From an uncultured Chloroflexia bacterium (GTDB taxonomy: Bacteria > Chloroflexota > Chloroflexia > Thermomicrobiales > UBA6265): a DNA stretch of 64,000 bases. The stretch covers positions 145,022 through 209,021 of the forward strand of contig CAWKIA010000040.1 of NCBI GenBank assembly GCA_963849635.1, in the 5' to 3' direction. Under the pieces are notes generated by a model, which did no database searches, was not told where the DNA came from, and saw only the letters and a program-made list of their open reading frames with translations. Within the stretch, counting starts at the first letter, position 1, and every line of letters starts with the position of its first letter. Made by a program: the position numbers and the translations under genes. Below are positions 48,088 to 58,055 of the stretch, piece after piece.

Positions 48088-48983
48088 CGAGATCGCGACC
48101 GCCGCCACGACGGCACCGACCGCCCCAGACTGCTCGGAAGGTGGCATGCGCCTCGATTTGCTGAGCGCGCTCCGCCGCTATCCGGCCCTGACGGTCGGGT
48201 GCATCATCATCCTGATCCTGATCGTCCTCGCCCTGGCTGCCCCGCTCATCGCGCAGGAACCACCCAACGCGATCAACGCCGACGCCGTCCTCCTGGGTGT
48301 GAGCTGGGACCATCCATTCGGCACCGACAACCTCGGGCGGGACATGTTCAGCCGCGTCCTCCACGCCTACCGGATCTCGCTCCTGATCGCCTTCGCCGCG
48401 ACCGCCGCCTCACTTGTGGTGGGAGTTCCGCTCGGGCTGATTGCCGGCTATGCCGGTGGCTGGACCGACAACGTCGATCATGCGAGTCATGGACGTCTTC
48501 TTCGCCTTCCCGACGATCCTGCTCGCCATCGCCTTGATCGCGGCCCTTGGCTCGGGCACCGGCGTCCTCGTCCTCGCGATCGGCACCATCTACGTGCCCT
48601 ACATCTCCAGAGTGGTGCGTGGGTCTAGCCTCGTCCTGAAGCAGGAACTCTTTATTGAAGGCGCTCGTGCCCGCGGAGCCGGGCCGCTCCGCCTCATGTT
48701 CCGGCACATCCTCCCCAACTGCCTCGGGGCCATCCTGGTCCAGGTCTCCCTCATGCTCGGTTTTGCAATTCTGATCGAGGCTGCACTCTCTTTCCTCGGC
48801 CTCGGCACGGCGCCGCCTGCTCCCTCGCTGGGGCGGATGCTCTCTGATGGCCGCGATTTCATGAGCGACAACCCACCCGTGGTCGTCTTCCCGGGCGCCG
48901 CGATCGCCCTGGCGGTTCTTAGTTTCAACCTCATCGGAGACGGCGTCCGCGATTGGGCGGACCCACGCCGGCGCGGGCGCTAA
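48080..48983 (+). pseudogene. ABC transporter permease (DppC-like), one frameshift
   Basis: ORF 48080..48628 (…HPFGTDNLGRDMFSRVLHAY…GYAGGWTDNV) joins ORF 48441..48983 (MRVMDVFFAFPTILLAIAL…) with an extra base at about 48474-48480. Confidence 0.8.
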
Positions 48984-48996
48984 AGGGACGAGAAAG

Positions 48997-50627
48997 ATGA
49001 GCTTCGACACCATTCTCACCAACGCGACCGTGCTGACGATGGATCCAGCCCGCCCTCGCGCCGGGGCTGTCGGGATCAAGGGCGACCGCATCGCCTGGGT
49101 CGGCGACCCCGACGACGTCGCGACGCACCTCACCGGTGTCCGCCACACGATGGACCTTGGCGGCGCCACCGTCGTCCCCGGTTTCAACGATGCCCACAAC
49201 CACCTCCTCCTGCTCGGTCACTGGCTGAGCCAGATCGATTGCTCATTCCCGACCATCCGCTCCATCTCCGAGATCGTGGCGGCCGTTGGTGCCCGCGTCG
49301 CGGAGACTCCCGAAGGGGAGTGGATCGAGGGCCGCGGGTACGACGACAACAAACTCCACGAGCACCGCCACCCGACCCGCTGGGACCTCGACGCGGTCGC
49401 TCCTCACAACCCGGTCCTGATCCGCAACGCTTCCGGCCACATGTGCGTCGTCAACAGCCGCGCCCTGGAGATCGCGGGAATCACAGCGGAGACCGAGCCG
49501 CCGTTTGGCGGGGCGATCCACATCGATCCCGCCTCGGGGGAGCCGTCCGGCCTCCTTCAGGAGATCGCCCAGAAGCTCATCCCGCTGCCGTTCATCCCCA
49601 GCGACCACGATGCCCTGCATCGCTGTCTGGACGTGGCGAGCCGTGCCTACCTCTCCGCGGGGATCACCAGCAGTCAGGAGGCCGGCATCTTCTCCACGCC
49701 GGAGTTCACCGTCTTCCAGCAGGCCTGGGAAGCGGGGACACTGCCGCTGCGGACCTACATGATGATCCGCGACCCTTTCTAGATGCCCTCGAAAAACTCG
49801 GCATCTACACCGGTTTCGGCGACGACCGTCTCCGCGTCGGCTCCTTCAAGTTGCTGGCCGACGGCTCCCTGATCGGCCGCACGGCCCTCGTCTCGGAGCC
49901 GTTCCTCGAAGATCCCCGGTCCGATAACCTCGGCCTGGCGATGATGCCCCAGGAGGAGCTGGACGATCTGATCTGGCGCGGCCACTCGGCGGGCTGGCAA
50001 GTGGCGATCCACGCGATCGGCGACCGGGGCATCGAGATGTGCCTCGACGGCTTCGAGCGCGCCCTTGCCCGCAAGCCCCGCGCCGATCACCGGCACCGGC
50101 TGGAGCATTGCGGCATCCTCCGCCCCGATCTGATCCGCCGGATCAAAGAGATGGGGGTCATCCCAGTCGGCCAGCCGCCCTTCGTCTACGAGTTCGGCGA
50201 TGGCTTCCTCCGCCACCTCGGCCGGGAGCGCAGCCAGTTGACCTACGCCCTCAAGACCGTCCTCGACGCCGGCATCCCCCTGGCGGCCAGCTCCGATTCG
50301 CCGGTCTCCTCCTTCCAGCCGCTCATCGGCATCAAGCTGGCCGTGACCGAGCGGACGGCGACCGGCACCGAATTCGCCCCGGCCGAGGCGATCTCGGTCG
50401 AGCAGGCGATTGCCCTCTACACCAGTGCCGGCGCGTTCGCCTCCTTCGACGAGCAGCGCAAAGGCACCATCACCCCCGGCAAGCTGGCCGACTTCGCGAT
50501 TCTCGGCGCGGATCCACGCACGGTCCCCGCCGACGAGATCGACCAGATCCCCGTCCTCGGCACGATCTCCGGCGGCAAGCTCGTCTACGAATCGGCGCTC
50601 TCACCGAGCGCCGCTGTTCCGGCCTGA
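48997..50627 (+). pseudogene. Amidohydrolase-3 (YtcJ-like) family metal-dependent hydrolase, one frameshift
   Basis: ORF 48997..49782 (…VVPGFNDAHNHLL…) ends at ..MIRDPF*. The next frame continues LDALEKLGIYTGFGDDRLRVGSFKLLADGS…AIHAIGD…HRLEHC…. The junction is at about 49775-49783. Confidence 0.75.
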
Positions 50628-50634
50628 GGGAGCG

Positions 50635-51615
50635 ATGAGTCTGCTTAGCGTTCGCAATCTGGCAGCCGAATATCGGGACGGCGATACCGCGGTCCGTGCC
50701 GTCGACGGGGTCTCATTCGATGTCGAGCCCGGCGAGATCGTCGGTCTGGTCGGGGAATCCGGCTGTGGCAAGACGACCGTTGGCTTCTCGCTCCTCGGTC
50801 TCCTGCCGCCCAACGCCGGGGTGGTCGGCGGCGAGGTGACCTTTGATGGGCACGATCTTCTGAATCTCAGCGATGCCGAGCGCCGCGCCCTGCGCGGCAA
50901 CCGGATCGCGATGATCTTCCAGGACCCGATGACCTCCCTCGATCCGTCGTTCACGATCGGCGACCAGCTGATGGAGCCCCTCCAGACACATCTCGGGCTC
51001 GGCCGCCAGGCGGCGCGCCAGCGCGCGATCGACCTGCTGACCCAGGTTGGGATTCCTTCTCCGGTGGAGCGGTTGCGGCGCTACCCGCACGAGTTCAGCG
51101 GAGGCATGCGCCAGAGGGTCGTGATCGCCATCGCGCTGGCCTGCGACCCGGCCCTGCTCATCTGCGACGAGCCGACTTCTGCCCTCGACGTGACGGTCCA
51201 GGCCCAGATCTTGAGCTTGCTCCGGGCGCTGAAACGCGAGCACCAGCAGACCGGCATCCTCATGATTACCCACGATCTGGGGGTCGTCGCCCAGCTCTGC
51301 CACCGGGTGGCGGTGATGTACGCCGGCCAGATCGTCGAGCAGGGCCCCGTCCGCGATGTCTTCGCCCAGCCTCGCCACCCGTACACCCGGGGTTTGCTCG
51401 GATCTCTTCCCGGTCGTGTCGCTCGCGGCGCCCCGCTCAGCCAGATCGACGGCACCGTTCCCGACCCACGGCACCTACCCAGCGGCTGCCGCTTCCACCC
51501 CAGGTGCCAGTATGCGACCGCTATCTGCCAGACTCCCCCGCCAACCCACACCGTGCACGCGCAGCAGGTCGCCTGCGTGCTCTACGACAAAGGGGCGCAG
51601 CATGTCTTTGCCTGA
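50635..51615 (+). CDS. ABC transporter ATP-binding protein (DppD/OppD-like)
   Basis: ATG at 50635. Walker A GESGCGKT, signature FSGGMRQR, Walker [13 protein letters not shown], and the oligopeptide-type C-terminal Cys motif region. The gene is intact. Confidence 0.9.
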   Translation: MSLLSVRNLAAEYRDGDTAVRAVDGVSFDVEPGEIVGLVGESGCGKTTVGFSLLGLLPPNAGVVGGEVTFDGHDLLNLSDAERRALRGNRIAMIFQDPMTSLDPSFTIGDQLMEPLQTHLGLGRQAARQRAIDLLTQVGIPSPVERLRRYPHEFSGGMRQRVVIAIALACDPALLICDEPTSALDVTVQAQILSLLRALKREHQQTGILMITHDLGVVAQLCHRVAVMYAGQIVEQGPVRDVFAQPRHPYTRGLLGSLPGRVARGAPLSQIDGTVPDPRHLPSGCRFHPRCQYATAICQTPPPTHTVHAQQVACVLYDKGAQHVFA

Positions 51616-52682
51616 GCCGGTCGTGGAGATCCGAGACCTCCGCACCTACTTCCCGGTGCCGCAAAACGTGGTCTCCCGTCTCCGCAACGGACCAACGATG
51701 GTGCGCGCGGTCGACGGTGTCAGCCTCACCGTCAACCGGGGCGAGACTGTCGGCCTGGTCGGTGAGTCCGGGCTGTGGCAAAAGCACGCTGGGCCGCTCG
51801 ATCCTGCGCCTGGTCCAACCCACGAGCGGCGATATCCGGATCGACGGGACGGATGTCGTCCGCGCCTCTGGCCCGGAATTGCGCCAGGTCCGCCGTCGCG
51901 CCCAGATCATCTTTCAGGACCCGGCGTCGTCGCTGAACCCGCGCATGACCGTCGGCCAGACCCTGAACGAACCGCTCGAGATCTATAAGATCCGCTCCCG
52001 CACCGAGCGCCGCGAGCGGGTTGAGGAACTCCTGGGGCTGGTCGGCTTGCCGCGTGGGGCCGCCGATCGATTCCCACATCAATTCAGCGGTGGTCAACGC
52101 CAGCGTGTCGGCATCGCCGCCGCTCTTGCGCTCGAACCGTCGGTGATCGTCGCCGACGAACCGACATCGGCCCTTGATGTATCGGTTCAGGCCCAAATCC
52201 TGAACCTCCTTCAGGGACTGCAGAAGTCGCTCGGGGTCGCCTACCTCTTCATCTCCCACAACCTCGATGTCGTCCGCCACCTCAGCGACCGCATCGCCGT
52301 GATGTACCTGGGCAAGATCGTCGAGAGTTCTCCGACCGAGGCGCTTTTCAAGACGCCCCTGCATCCCTACACCCGGGCGCTCCTCAGCGCGATCCCCGAT
52401 CCCGACCCGGACGCCCGCCACGAGCCCGTCCTCCTCAGCGGCGAGATCCCGAGCCCGCTCAATCCTCCCGCCGCCTGCCGGTTCCATCCCCGCTGCCCGA
52501 TCGCCCGCCCCCGTTGCGCGACGGTCGAGCCTGACCTCCTCGGTGATGAGGACGACCACCTGGTCGCCTGCCATGCGGTCGCCTGGGCCCGCGCCCGGGC
52601 GCGACCGGGAGAAAACCTCCCTGACCTGTCCGGGTGGGACGATGCACAGCCGAGCCAGGCCGAAGGGTGGGGAACCGCATGA
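51602..52682 (+). pseudogene. ABC transporter ATP-binding protein (DppF/OppF-like), one frameshift in Walker A
   Basis: [13 protein letters not shown]...[11 protein letters not shown]|[13 protein letters not shown]: the Walker A motif is split between two frames by an extra G at about 51769-51772. Downstream are FSGGQRQR and [12 protein letters not shown]. Confidence 0.85.
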
Positions 52683-53212
52683 CGTTTGAACTCGACGATA
52701 CGGACCTGAGTATCCTCGAGCTCCTCGAAGAGAACGGCCGCCGGCCGAATGTCGAGATCGCTCGCCTGCTCGGCATCGCCGAGTCGACCGTGCGCAAGCG
52801 GGTCGATCGGATGCAACAGGCCGGGGCCTTCCGGACCGTAATCGTGCCCGACTTCTCCGTGCTTGGCCTCGAAGGGCACATCATCGTCGGGGTCCACGCC
52901 GAACTTGGCGCGGCGGTCGATATCGCCGAGCAGCTTGGCGCGCTGGAGGAGGTCCGCTTCGTTGCCCTGACGACCGGCGCGTTCGACCTGATCGTCGAGG
53001 TCTACCTGCCCGCGATCAGCGACTTCCTCAGCTTTATCCAGGACGATCTCTCCCAGATCCCTGGCATCAAGGGAGTCGAGACCGCGACCGTCCTCCAACT
53101 CCCGAAGAGTCGCTACAACTGGATCAAGATGCTCCGCCGCGGCAGGGCCCGCCAGGAGTTGGCGGCTCATACGAAGAACGCTCAGGACAATTTGGCCACC
53201 CGTCGACCATAG
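52679..53212 (+). CDS. Lrp/AsnC family transcriptional regulator
   Basis: The ATG overlaps the upstream stop (ATGA). Contains LDDTDLSILELLEENGRRPNVEIARLLGIAESTVRKRVDRM plus a C-terminal RAM-like domain. Confidence 0.85.
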   Translation: MTFELDDTDLSILELLEENGRRPNVEIARLLGIAESTVRKRVDRMQQAGAFRTVIVPDFSVLGLEGHIIVGVHAELGAAVDIAEQLGALEEVRFVALTTGAFDLIVEVYLPAISDFLSFIQDDLSQIPGIKGVETATVLQLPKSRYNWIKMLRRGRARQELAAHTKNAQDNLATRRP

Positions 53213-53231
53213 CTCCAACGGAGGACCCTCG

Positions 53232-54088
53232 ATGCCAGGAATGCCAGGAATGCCAGGACGCCAAGAACTGCTGCCGACCGCCGCGTCGCGGTCTCGCTCA
53301 CCTTCGACTTCGACGCCGAATCGGCCTGGCTGGGTGCCTTCAAGGTCGACACCCCGTCTGCCCTTTCCCGGGGAGCCTACGGCGCGAACGAGGGCGTGCC
53401 TCGTATCCTGCGCCTGCTTGAGAAGTACAGCCTACCCGCGACCTTCTTCATCCCCGGCGATACCTGCGACCGCCATCCCGACGTGGTCCGCGCCATCGCG
53501 GCCGCCGGCCACGAGATCGGCCACCACGGCTACCTCCACGAGGCCCCCCACCTACTCAACCCCGAGGAAGAGCGGTCGATGATCGAGCGTGGCCTCGACG
53601 CGATCGACCGCATTACAGGAACCAAACCCCTTGGCTACCGCTCGCCGTCCTGGGAACTCTCAAAGGCGACATTCGGCCTTCTGGAGGAGTACGGCTTTGA
53701 CTACGACGCCAGCCAGCTCGCCCGGGATCGGCCCTACTGGGTCGAGGACGACGGCCGCAAGACGGACATGGTCGAGGTCCCGTCCGCCTGGGAGCTTTGT
53801 GACTCCGCCCATTTCCTCTTCGCCTACAACCCCGTCTACCTGATGGGGATGAGCGGCCCATCGAAGGTCGAAGAGATCTGGCGCGAGGACTTCAACGGGA
53901 TCTACGAGGAGGGCGGCGACGGCTGCTACGTCCTGACGATGCACCCCCAGATCATTGGCCGCCACCACCGCATGCAGATGGTGGAGCGGACCATCGACCA
54001 CATCCTCGCGCACGACGGCGTCTGGTTCGCCCAGATGAAGGACATCGCCCAGGATTTCCGGCAGCGGGCCGCCGCGAATGCCGCCTAG
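53232..54088 (+). pseudogene. Polysaccharide deacetylase (CE4) family protein, N-terminal frameshift
   Basis: The only start codons (ATGCCAGGA x3) are in a frame offset by one from the deacetylase frame (RVAVSLTFDFDAESAWL…PATFFIPGDTCDRHP…GHHGYLHE), and that frame has no start before the GTG at 53396. An indel is inferred at about 53262-53275. Confidence 0.75.
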
Positions 54089-54266
54089 TACCCTGTGCAG
54101 AGGCATCTGTCTCATTGGATCGAGGAACGATGCCGCTCCGATCCTTCCTGTCATTCCGAGCTTGTCGAGGAATCTCGAAGGGCGAGTTGAGACAAGGAAG
54201 CCCCGACCTTCGAGAATATGGTGCCGTGCTCTCGAAAACCCCGGCACGATCGTCGCGCCTTCCCCG

Positions 54267-55330
54267 CTAAGCAGGTCGAGGTAAGTTGATCGTTGGTTGG
54301 GCGAGGCGGCGGGCGCGGGTGGTGAGGGCGGTCTCGACGGCGGCTTGGAGGGCGATGTCGGTCGGGTGGCTGCGCTCGGGGAGGTCCTGGTGCTTGGTGT
54401 GGCGCCAGACGGGCTCGATCGGGTTGAGCTCGGGGCTGTAGGGTGGGAGGAAGCAGAAGTGGACATCGGCGGCGGCGAGGCTGGGGAGGTTGTCCTTGAC
54501 GGCTTGGCTGTGGTGGACCGCATAGTTGTCCAGCACGACCACGCACGGGCGCGATCGCCGCTTGGCGCCCTCTCCGGCCAGGCGGCGGACGAAGGCGAGG
54601 TGGGCGGCTGCATCGGAGCGTCCCTCGGCTTGGCGCCGGGTCTCGTAGACGAGCCGCGGGCCGGCCGGGTCGTAGGGGGCGAGGGCGCCCACGACGTTGA
54701 CCCGCCGGCCTTGGGGCGCTTCGTGCGGCACGACCAGGCGGCGCCCCAAGCGGCCCCAGCCATAGCCGGTTGGCAGGGTCGGGCAGAAGCCGCTCTGGTC
54801 GAGGAACCATAGGTCGATCACGCCGGTCACGCGCTTTTTTTGAGGCCATCGAGTTCGACCACTTTGGCGTCGTACCCCTCCGGGTCGCGTCGTTTGTGGG
54901 CCAGCGAGGTGACGGTGCGCTTCCAGCCGAAGCGGCGGGCGTGGAGCAGGCGACTGAGGTGGTCGGGGTGAACCTGGACCCCGCGCTCGTGCGCCAGCCA
55001 GGTCACGAATTGGGCGGTCGTCCAGGTCCGCCCGCCGGCGTCCAGCAGGGTTTCGAGGGCATCGAGGTGCGCTGCGGTGACGGTGGGTGGGCGCCCGGGG
55101 CGGGGCCGGTCGGGGAGGGCGGCGAAGCCGTCCGCTAGGAAGGCTTTGATGTACTTGCGGACCGTCTGCTCGTGAGCGCCGAGGTGGCGGGCGATGCGCG
55201 GCACCGTCCAGCCAGCGTCGGCGAGGCGCACCATCTCCAGGCGGTCGCGGGTGCGCTGCGCGAGCCCGGGTTCGCGGGTGCGAGCGCGCAGCTCGTCGTG
55301 CTGGGCAGCGGTCAGCGCGATGCGGATCAC
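54267..55330 (-). CDS. IS630-family DDE transposase (orfA HTH + orfB catalytic, joined at an A7G slippery run)
   Basis: orfA (55330..54827) begins MIRIALTAAQHDELRARTREPG… and ends …ELDGLKKSA*. orfB continues KKRVTGVIDLWFLDQSGF … VVVLDNYAVHHS … LPPYSPELNPIEPVW (D, D, E). The frames are joined by -1 at CTC AAA AAA AGC (T-run 54835-54841 on the plus strand). Confidence 0.85.
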
Positions 55331-55382
55331 GGCGGGGCACCTCCTCGCCCACCATGCTACGACCTACTTACCGCGACCTGCT
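54270..55382 (-). mobile_element. IS630-family insertion sequence
   Basis: The terminal inverted repeats are 54270-54292 AGCAGGTCGAGGTAAGTTGATCG and the reverse complement of 55360-55382, AGCAGGTCGCGGTAAGTAGGTCG (19/23). They enclose a DDE transposase. A TA lies on the left flank only, so the target duplication is not clear. Confidence 0.85.
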
Positions 55383-55497
55383 CAGATCCCTCGACATGCT
55401 CGGGATGACAGGGGATGCCGGGGCGTCAGCTCAGCACTCCCAGACGGGCAAATGTACCTGCACGGGGAAATAGTGATGCGCTAGACGGGTGATCCCA

Positions 55498-56727
55498 TCA
55501 GATGAGATCGGAGCTGCTCCCTGGCTCTTGCGGAGTGTGATAGACGCCATCGCGGACATTGGCCGGGTGCAGGAACCGGTCGCGCAGGTGGGGAATGTGC
55601 TCGAGGAAGATGGCGTCGTGTCCCAGCGCGATGTGGTTGAAGAGGACCAGGTGCTGGTGGATCTGGCCCATATCTCCCACGTGGGGCACGACCGGAAGAC
55701 CGAACTTGCGGGCGAGCAGGCTGACCGTGATGAACTCACTGACCCCGCCGACGCGAGTGCAGTCGACCTGGATGAATCTGGCGGCGTCGAGTTGCATGTA
55801 GTTCTTGAAGAGCACCCGGTTCGGGACGTGCTCGCCGATCGCGATCGCCAGCGGCGCGATCTCCCGCGCCAGCGTGTGATGGGCCATCACGTCGTCTGGG
55901 TGCGTCGGCTCCTCGATCCAGTAGGGAGACATCGCCGCCAGATCGTGGCAGGCCCGAATCGCCTCCGGCAGATTCCAGTGCTGATTGCAATCGAGCATGA
56001 TCGGAATGTCGTCGCCGGCCAGTTCGCGGAGCAGGTGTGCCCGGCGGATATCGCGCGCCGGGTCGTCTGAGCCGACCTTGAGCTTCATGGCGCGGAATCC
56101 GGCCGCAAGAGCGTTGCGCACGTTCTCGCCCAGGCGCTCGTCGCTGTAGTTGAACCAGCCAATCGAGGTGTCGTAGCTAGGGTAGCCGGTGGCCAGCACC
56201 GCCTCGCGTGTGGCCCGGGAGGCCTGGTGCTCGGTCAGGAGGTCGCGTGCATCAACGGCGGTCAGGACATCTTCCAGGAAGCTGAGATCGAGCAGCGCGA
56301 CGACCTGATCGGGCGAGAGGTCAAGCAGAAGCTGCCAGAGCGGGACGCCGCGCGCCTTGGCCCACAGGTCGAAGCAGGCGTTGGTGATCGAAGCGAGCGC
56401 GAGGTGGACCACGCCCTTGTGTGGTCCGAGCCAGCGCAGTTGGGGGTGGTTGGCTATCCGGTTGAAGGTGGCGCCGAAGTCCGCCATCACCTCCTCGATA
56501 TCGCGACCGATGAGCGGGCTGCCAAGTTGCTCGATCGCCGCGCAGACCAGTTCGTTGCCGCCGCCAAGGGTCAGCACCAGGCCAGTTCCGGTGCCCCGGT
56601 TTGAGGTCAGATTGGTGACGGCGAACGAGTACTGGGGATCGGAGTGATGGGAATCCGACCCTGCCCCATCGGGGAGATCGTACCGGGCATCGCGGGTTGT
56701 CAGGCGCTCGATGAAACAGGAGGTCAT
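55498..56727 (-). CDS. fucD: L-fuconate dehydratase-like enolase-superfamily enzyme
   Basis: 409 aa, collinear from memory with FucD/ENOSF1: DARYDLPDGAGSDSHHSDPQYSFA, QLRWLGPHKGVVHLA, GYPSYDTSIGWFNYSDE, FRAMKLKVG, MLDCNQHWN, WIEEPTHPDD, GEHVPNRVLFKN, IQVDCTRVGGVSE. Confidence 0.8.
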   Translation of the reverse strand: MTSCFIERLTTRDARYDLPDGAGSDSHHSDPQYSFAVTNLTSNRGTGTGLVLTLGGGNELVCAAIEQLGSPLIGRDIEEVMADFGATFNRIANHPQLRWLGPHKGVVHLALASITNACFDLWAKARGVPLWQLLLDLSPDQVVALLDLSFLEDVLTAVDARDLLTEHQASRATREAVLATGYPSYDTSIGWFNYSDERLGENVRNALAAGFRAMKLKVGSDDPARDIRRAHLLRELAGDDIPIMLDCNQHWNLPEAIRACHDLAAMSPYWIEEPTHPDDVMAHHTLAREIAPLAIAIGEHVPNRVLFKNYMQLDAARFIQVDCTRVGGVSEFITVSLLARKFGLPVVPHVGDMGQIHQHLVLFNHIALGHDAIFLEHIPHLRDRFLHPANVRDGVYHTPQEPGSSSDLI

Positions 56728-56772
56728 GCAGGAATCCTTGCTCGTGCCCAGGTATCGTCAAGCTGATCCCGG

Positions 56773-57201
56773 TCAGGACCGGCTGGTCGGCCACAGTCCA
56801 GCGCGCCGCCGGTGGCAGGTGAGGTAGGCGAACCGTTCCGCGTACGCCCGGATGCTCCGGCGAGTGCCTTTCGGCACCATGACCGCCTGTCCCGCCGCGA
56901 GCGGATGGGGTTGCCCTTCGATCGTGACGATGCCCGCTCCCGCGATGCCGATGAGCAGGACGTCGAGTTCGTGGTTGAAGTGCTCCTCCACCCCCTCACC
57001 CATGTTGAACACGAGCAGGTTGAGGTCAAGGTCTTCGCTCCGCAGCGTCCACGCGGGGCCCCGTCCGGCGGCCGACCGGGCAATGGCCGCCAGGTCGGCC
57101 GCCACACCCGGGCCAGGTTCTGCCGCATCGGCATCGAGATCATCGAACAGGTGTGCCCAACATGGCGGGTCGCCGCCACAGGGCTCGTCCGTTATGGCCA
57201 C
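56773..57201 (-). CDS. Cupin-domain protein
   Basis: GTG at 57201 follows GAGGAGGG. The C-terminal half GEGVEEHFNHELDVLLIGIAGAGIVTIEGQPHPLAAGQAVMVPKGTRRSI is cupin-like. Confidence 0.55.
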   Translation of the reverse strand: MAITDEPCGGDPPCWAHLFDDLDADAAEPGPGVAADLAAIARSAAGRGPAWTLRSEDLDLNLLVFNMGEGVEEHFNHELDVLLIGIAGAGIVTIEGQPHPLAAGQAVMVPKGTRRSIRAYAERFAYLTCHRRRAGLWPTSRS

Positions 57202-57347
57202 ATGGCCCTCCTCGGATCCCGCGCTACGCGTGGTACGTGCCGCCGATGCTACCGCATCTGGGTTGGGCGCGGATCGTGGCGCCTGGGCACAGGGGTGCAT
57301 CAGGTAGATCGGCCGGTATGAGGGAAGTTAGACGTTTCTTGGGTGCG

Positions 57348-57764
57348 CTACGCGTCCTGTCGCTCGAAGCGGCCGGAGACCTCGCGCGGGCGGATCCGAA
57401 ACACGACGACGCGGTTGCCGTGGTTGAGGTTGCGGGATACGAGGCCGGACCCGCTGGGGACAAGCCAGGCCAATGCCGCCTGCCGGTCCCGGTTCGCAAC
57501 CATCTCTTCGTACTGGCCGTGAGCGACGACGCTCTTCCATGTCGACGGACCGGCGATCTCATCGACCAGGAAGCAGACGTTGGGTTGGCGGCGCATCACG
57601 TCGATCTTATGACCGGCGCCGCTGAAGGCGTAGATAAACGTCCCGTCGTATGCGTAGTTGATCGGCACGATGTAGGGCTGGTCGTCGACCGTGCAGGCAA
57701 GCCGCCCAATCTGGTGCGTGCGCAGAACCTTGTCGATCTCGTCGGGACTAAGCGTTCCGATCAT
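57348..57764 (-). CDS. Pyridoxamine 5'-phosphate oxidase-like FMN-binding protein
   Basis: MIGTLSPDEIDKVLRTHQIGRLACTVDDQPYIVPINYAYDGTFIYAFS… is typical of the split-barrel PNPOx-related family. Confidence 0.75.
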   Translation of the reverse strand: MIGTLSPDEIDKVLRTHQIGRLACTVDDQPYIVPINYAYDGTFIYAFSGAGHKIDVMRRQPNVCFLVDEIAGPSTWKSVVAHGQYEEMVANRDRQAALAWLVPSGSGLVSRNLNHGNRVVVFRIRPREVSGRFERQDA

Positions 57765-58055
57765 GCCTGGGTCACCTGTTCCTTGGCGGTACTTCTGGTC
57801 GCGATTCCGCCAGCGTACCGGTGCGCCGGTTGCAGGGGCATGAACTCCAGGACCGGGGCGTTGCAAAGTCGTATCAAAACGGGCTCATTCCCAGGTCTGG
57901 GAGCGAAGGCCCTCCGTCAGATTGTGTGATTTGTCACGAAGTTGTAACGCTTGGATGATCATCCGGTGCGCGGTTTTGACGGCTCCTCAAGCACCATCTC
58001 TTCAGACAATTTCGGACCCCGAGCGGGGTCCATCGGTGCTCGAGAGGAGCAAAGG

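Larger units (their letters stand above)
54150..55409. repeat. GTCATYCYGAGC-family palindromic element split by the IS630 insertion
   Basis: The left arm 54150-54174 GTCATTCCGAGCTTGTCGAGGAATC matches the reverse complement of the right arm 55385-55409 (GTCATCCCGAGCATGTCGAGGGATC) at 22 of 25 positions. The arms are 1.2 kb apart with the IS between them. Confidence 0.6.

Noticed and set aside
54835-54841. The A7G run in the IS630 transposase as definite programmed frameshifting.
   Set aside because: It is kept only as a possibility. The same window is full of 1-nt homopolymer indels, so a trivial indel in a single-ORF transposase is equally likely.
54151-55355. Multiple overlapping minus ORFs (54151..54849, 53660..54763, 54267..55355) as separate genes.
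   Set aside because: They are alternative frames over the IS630 transposase. Only the orfA (HTH) and orfB (DDE) frames show family motifs.
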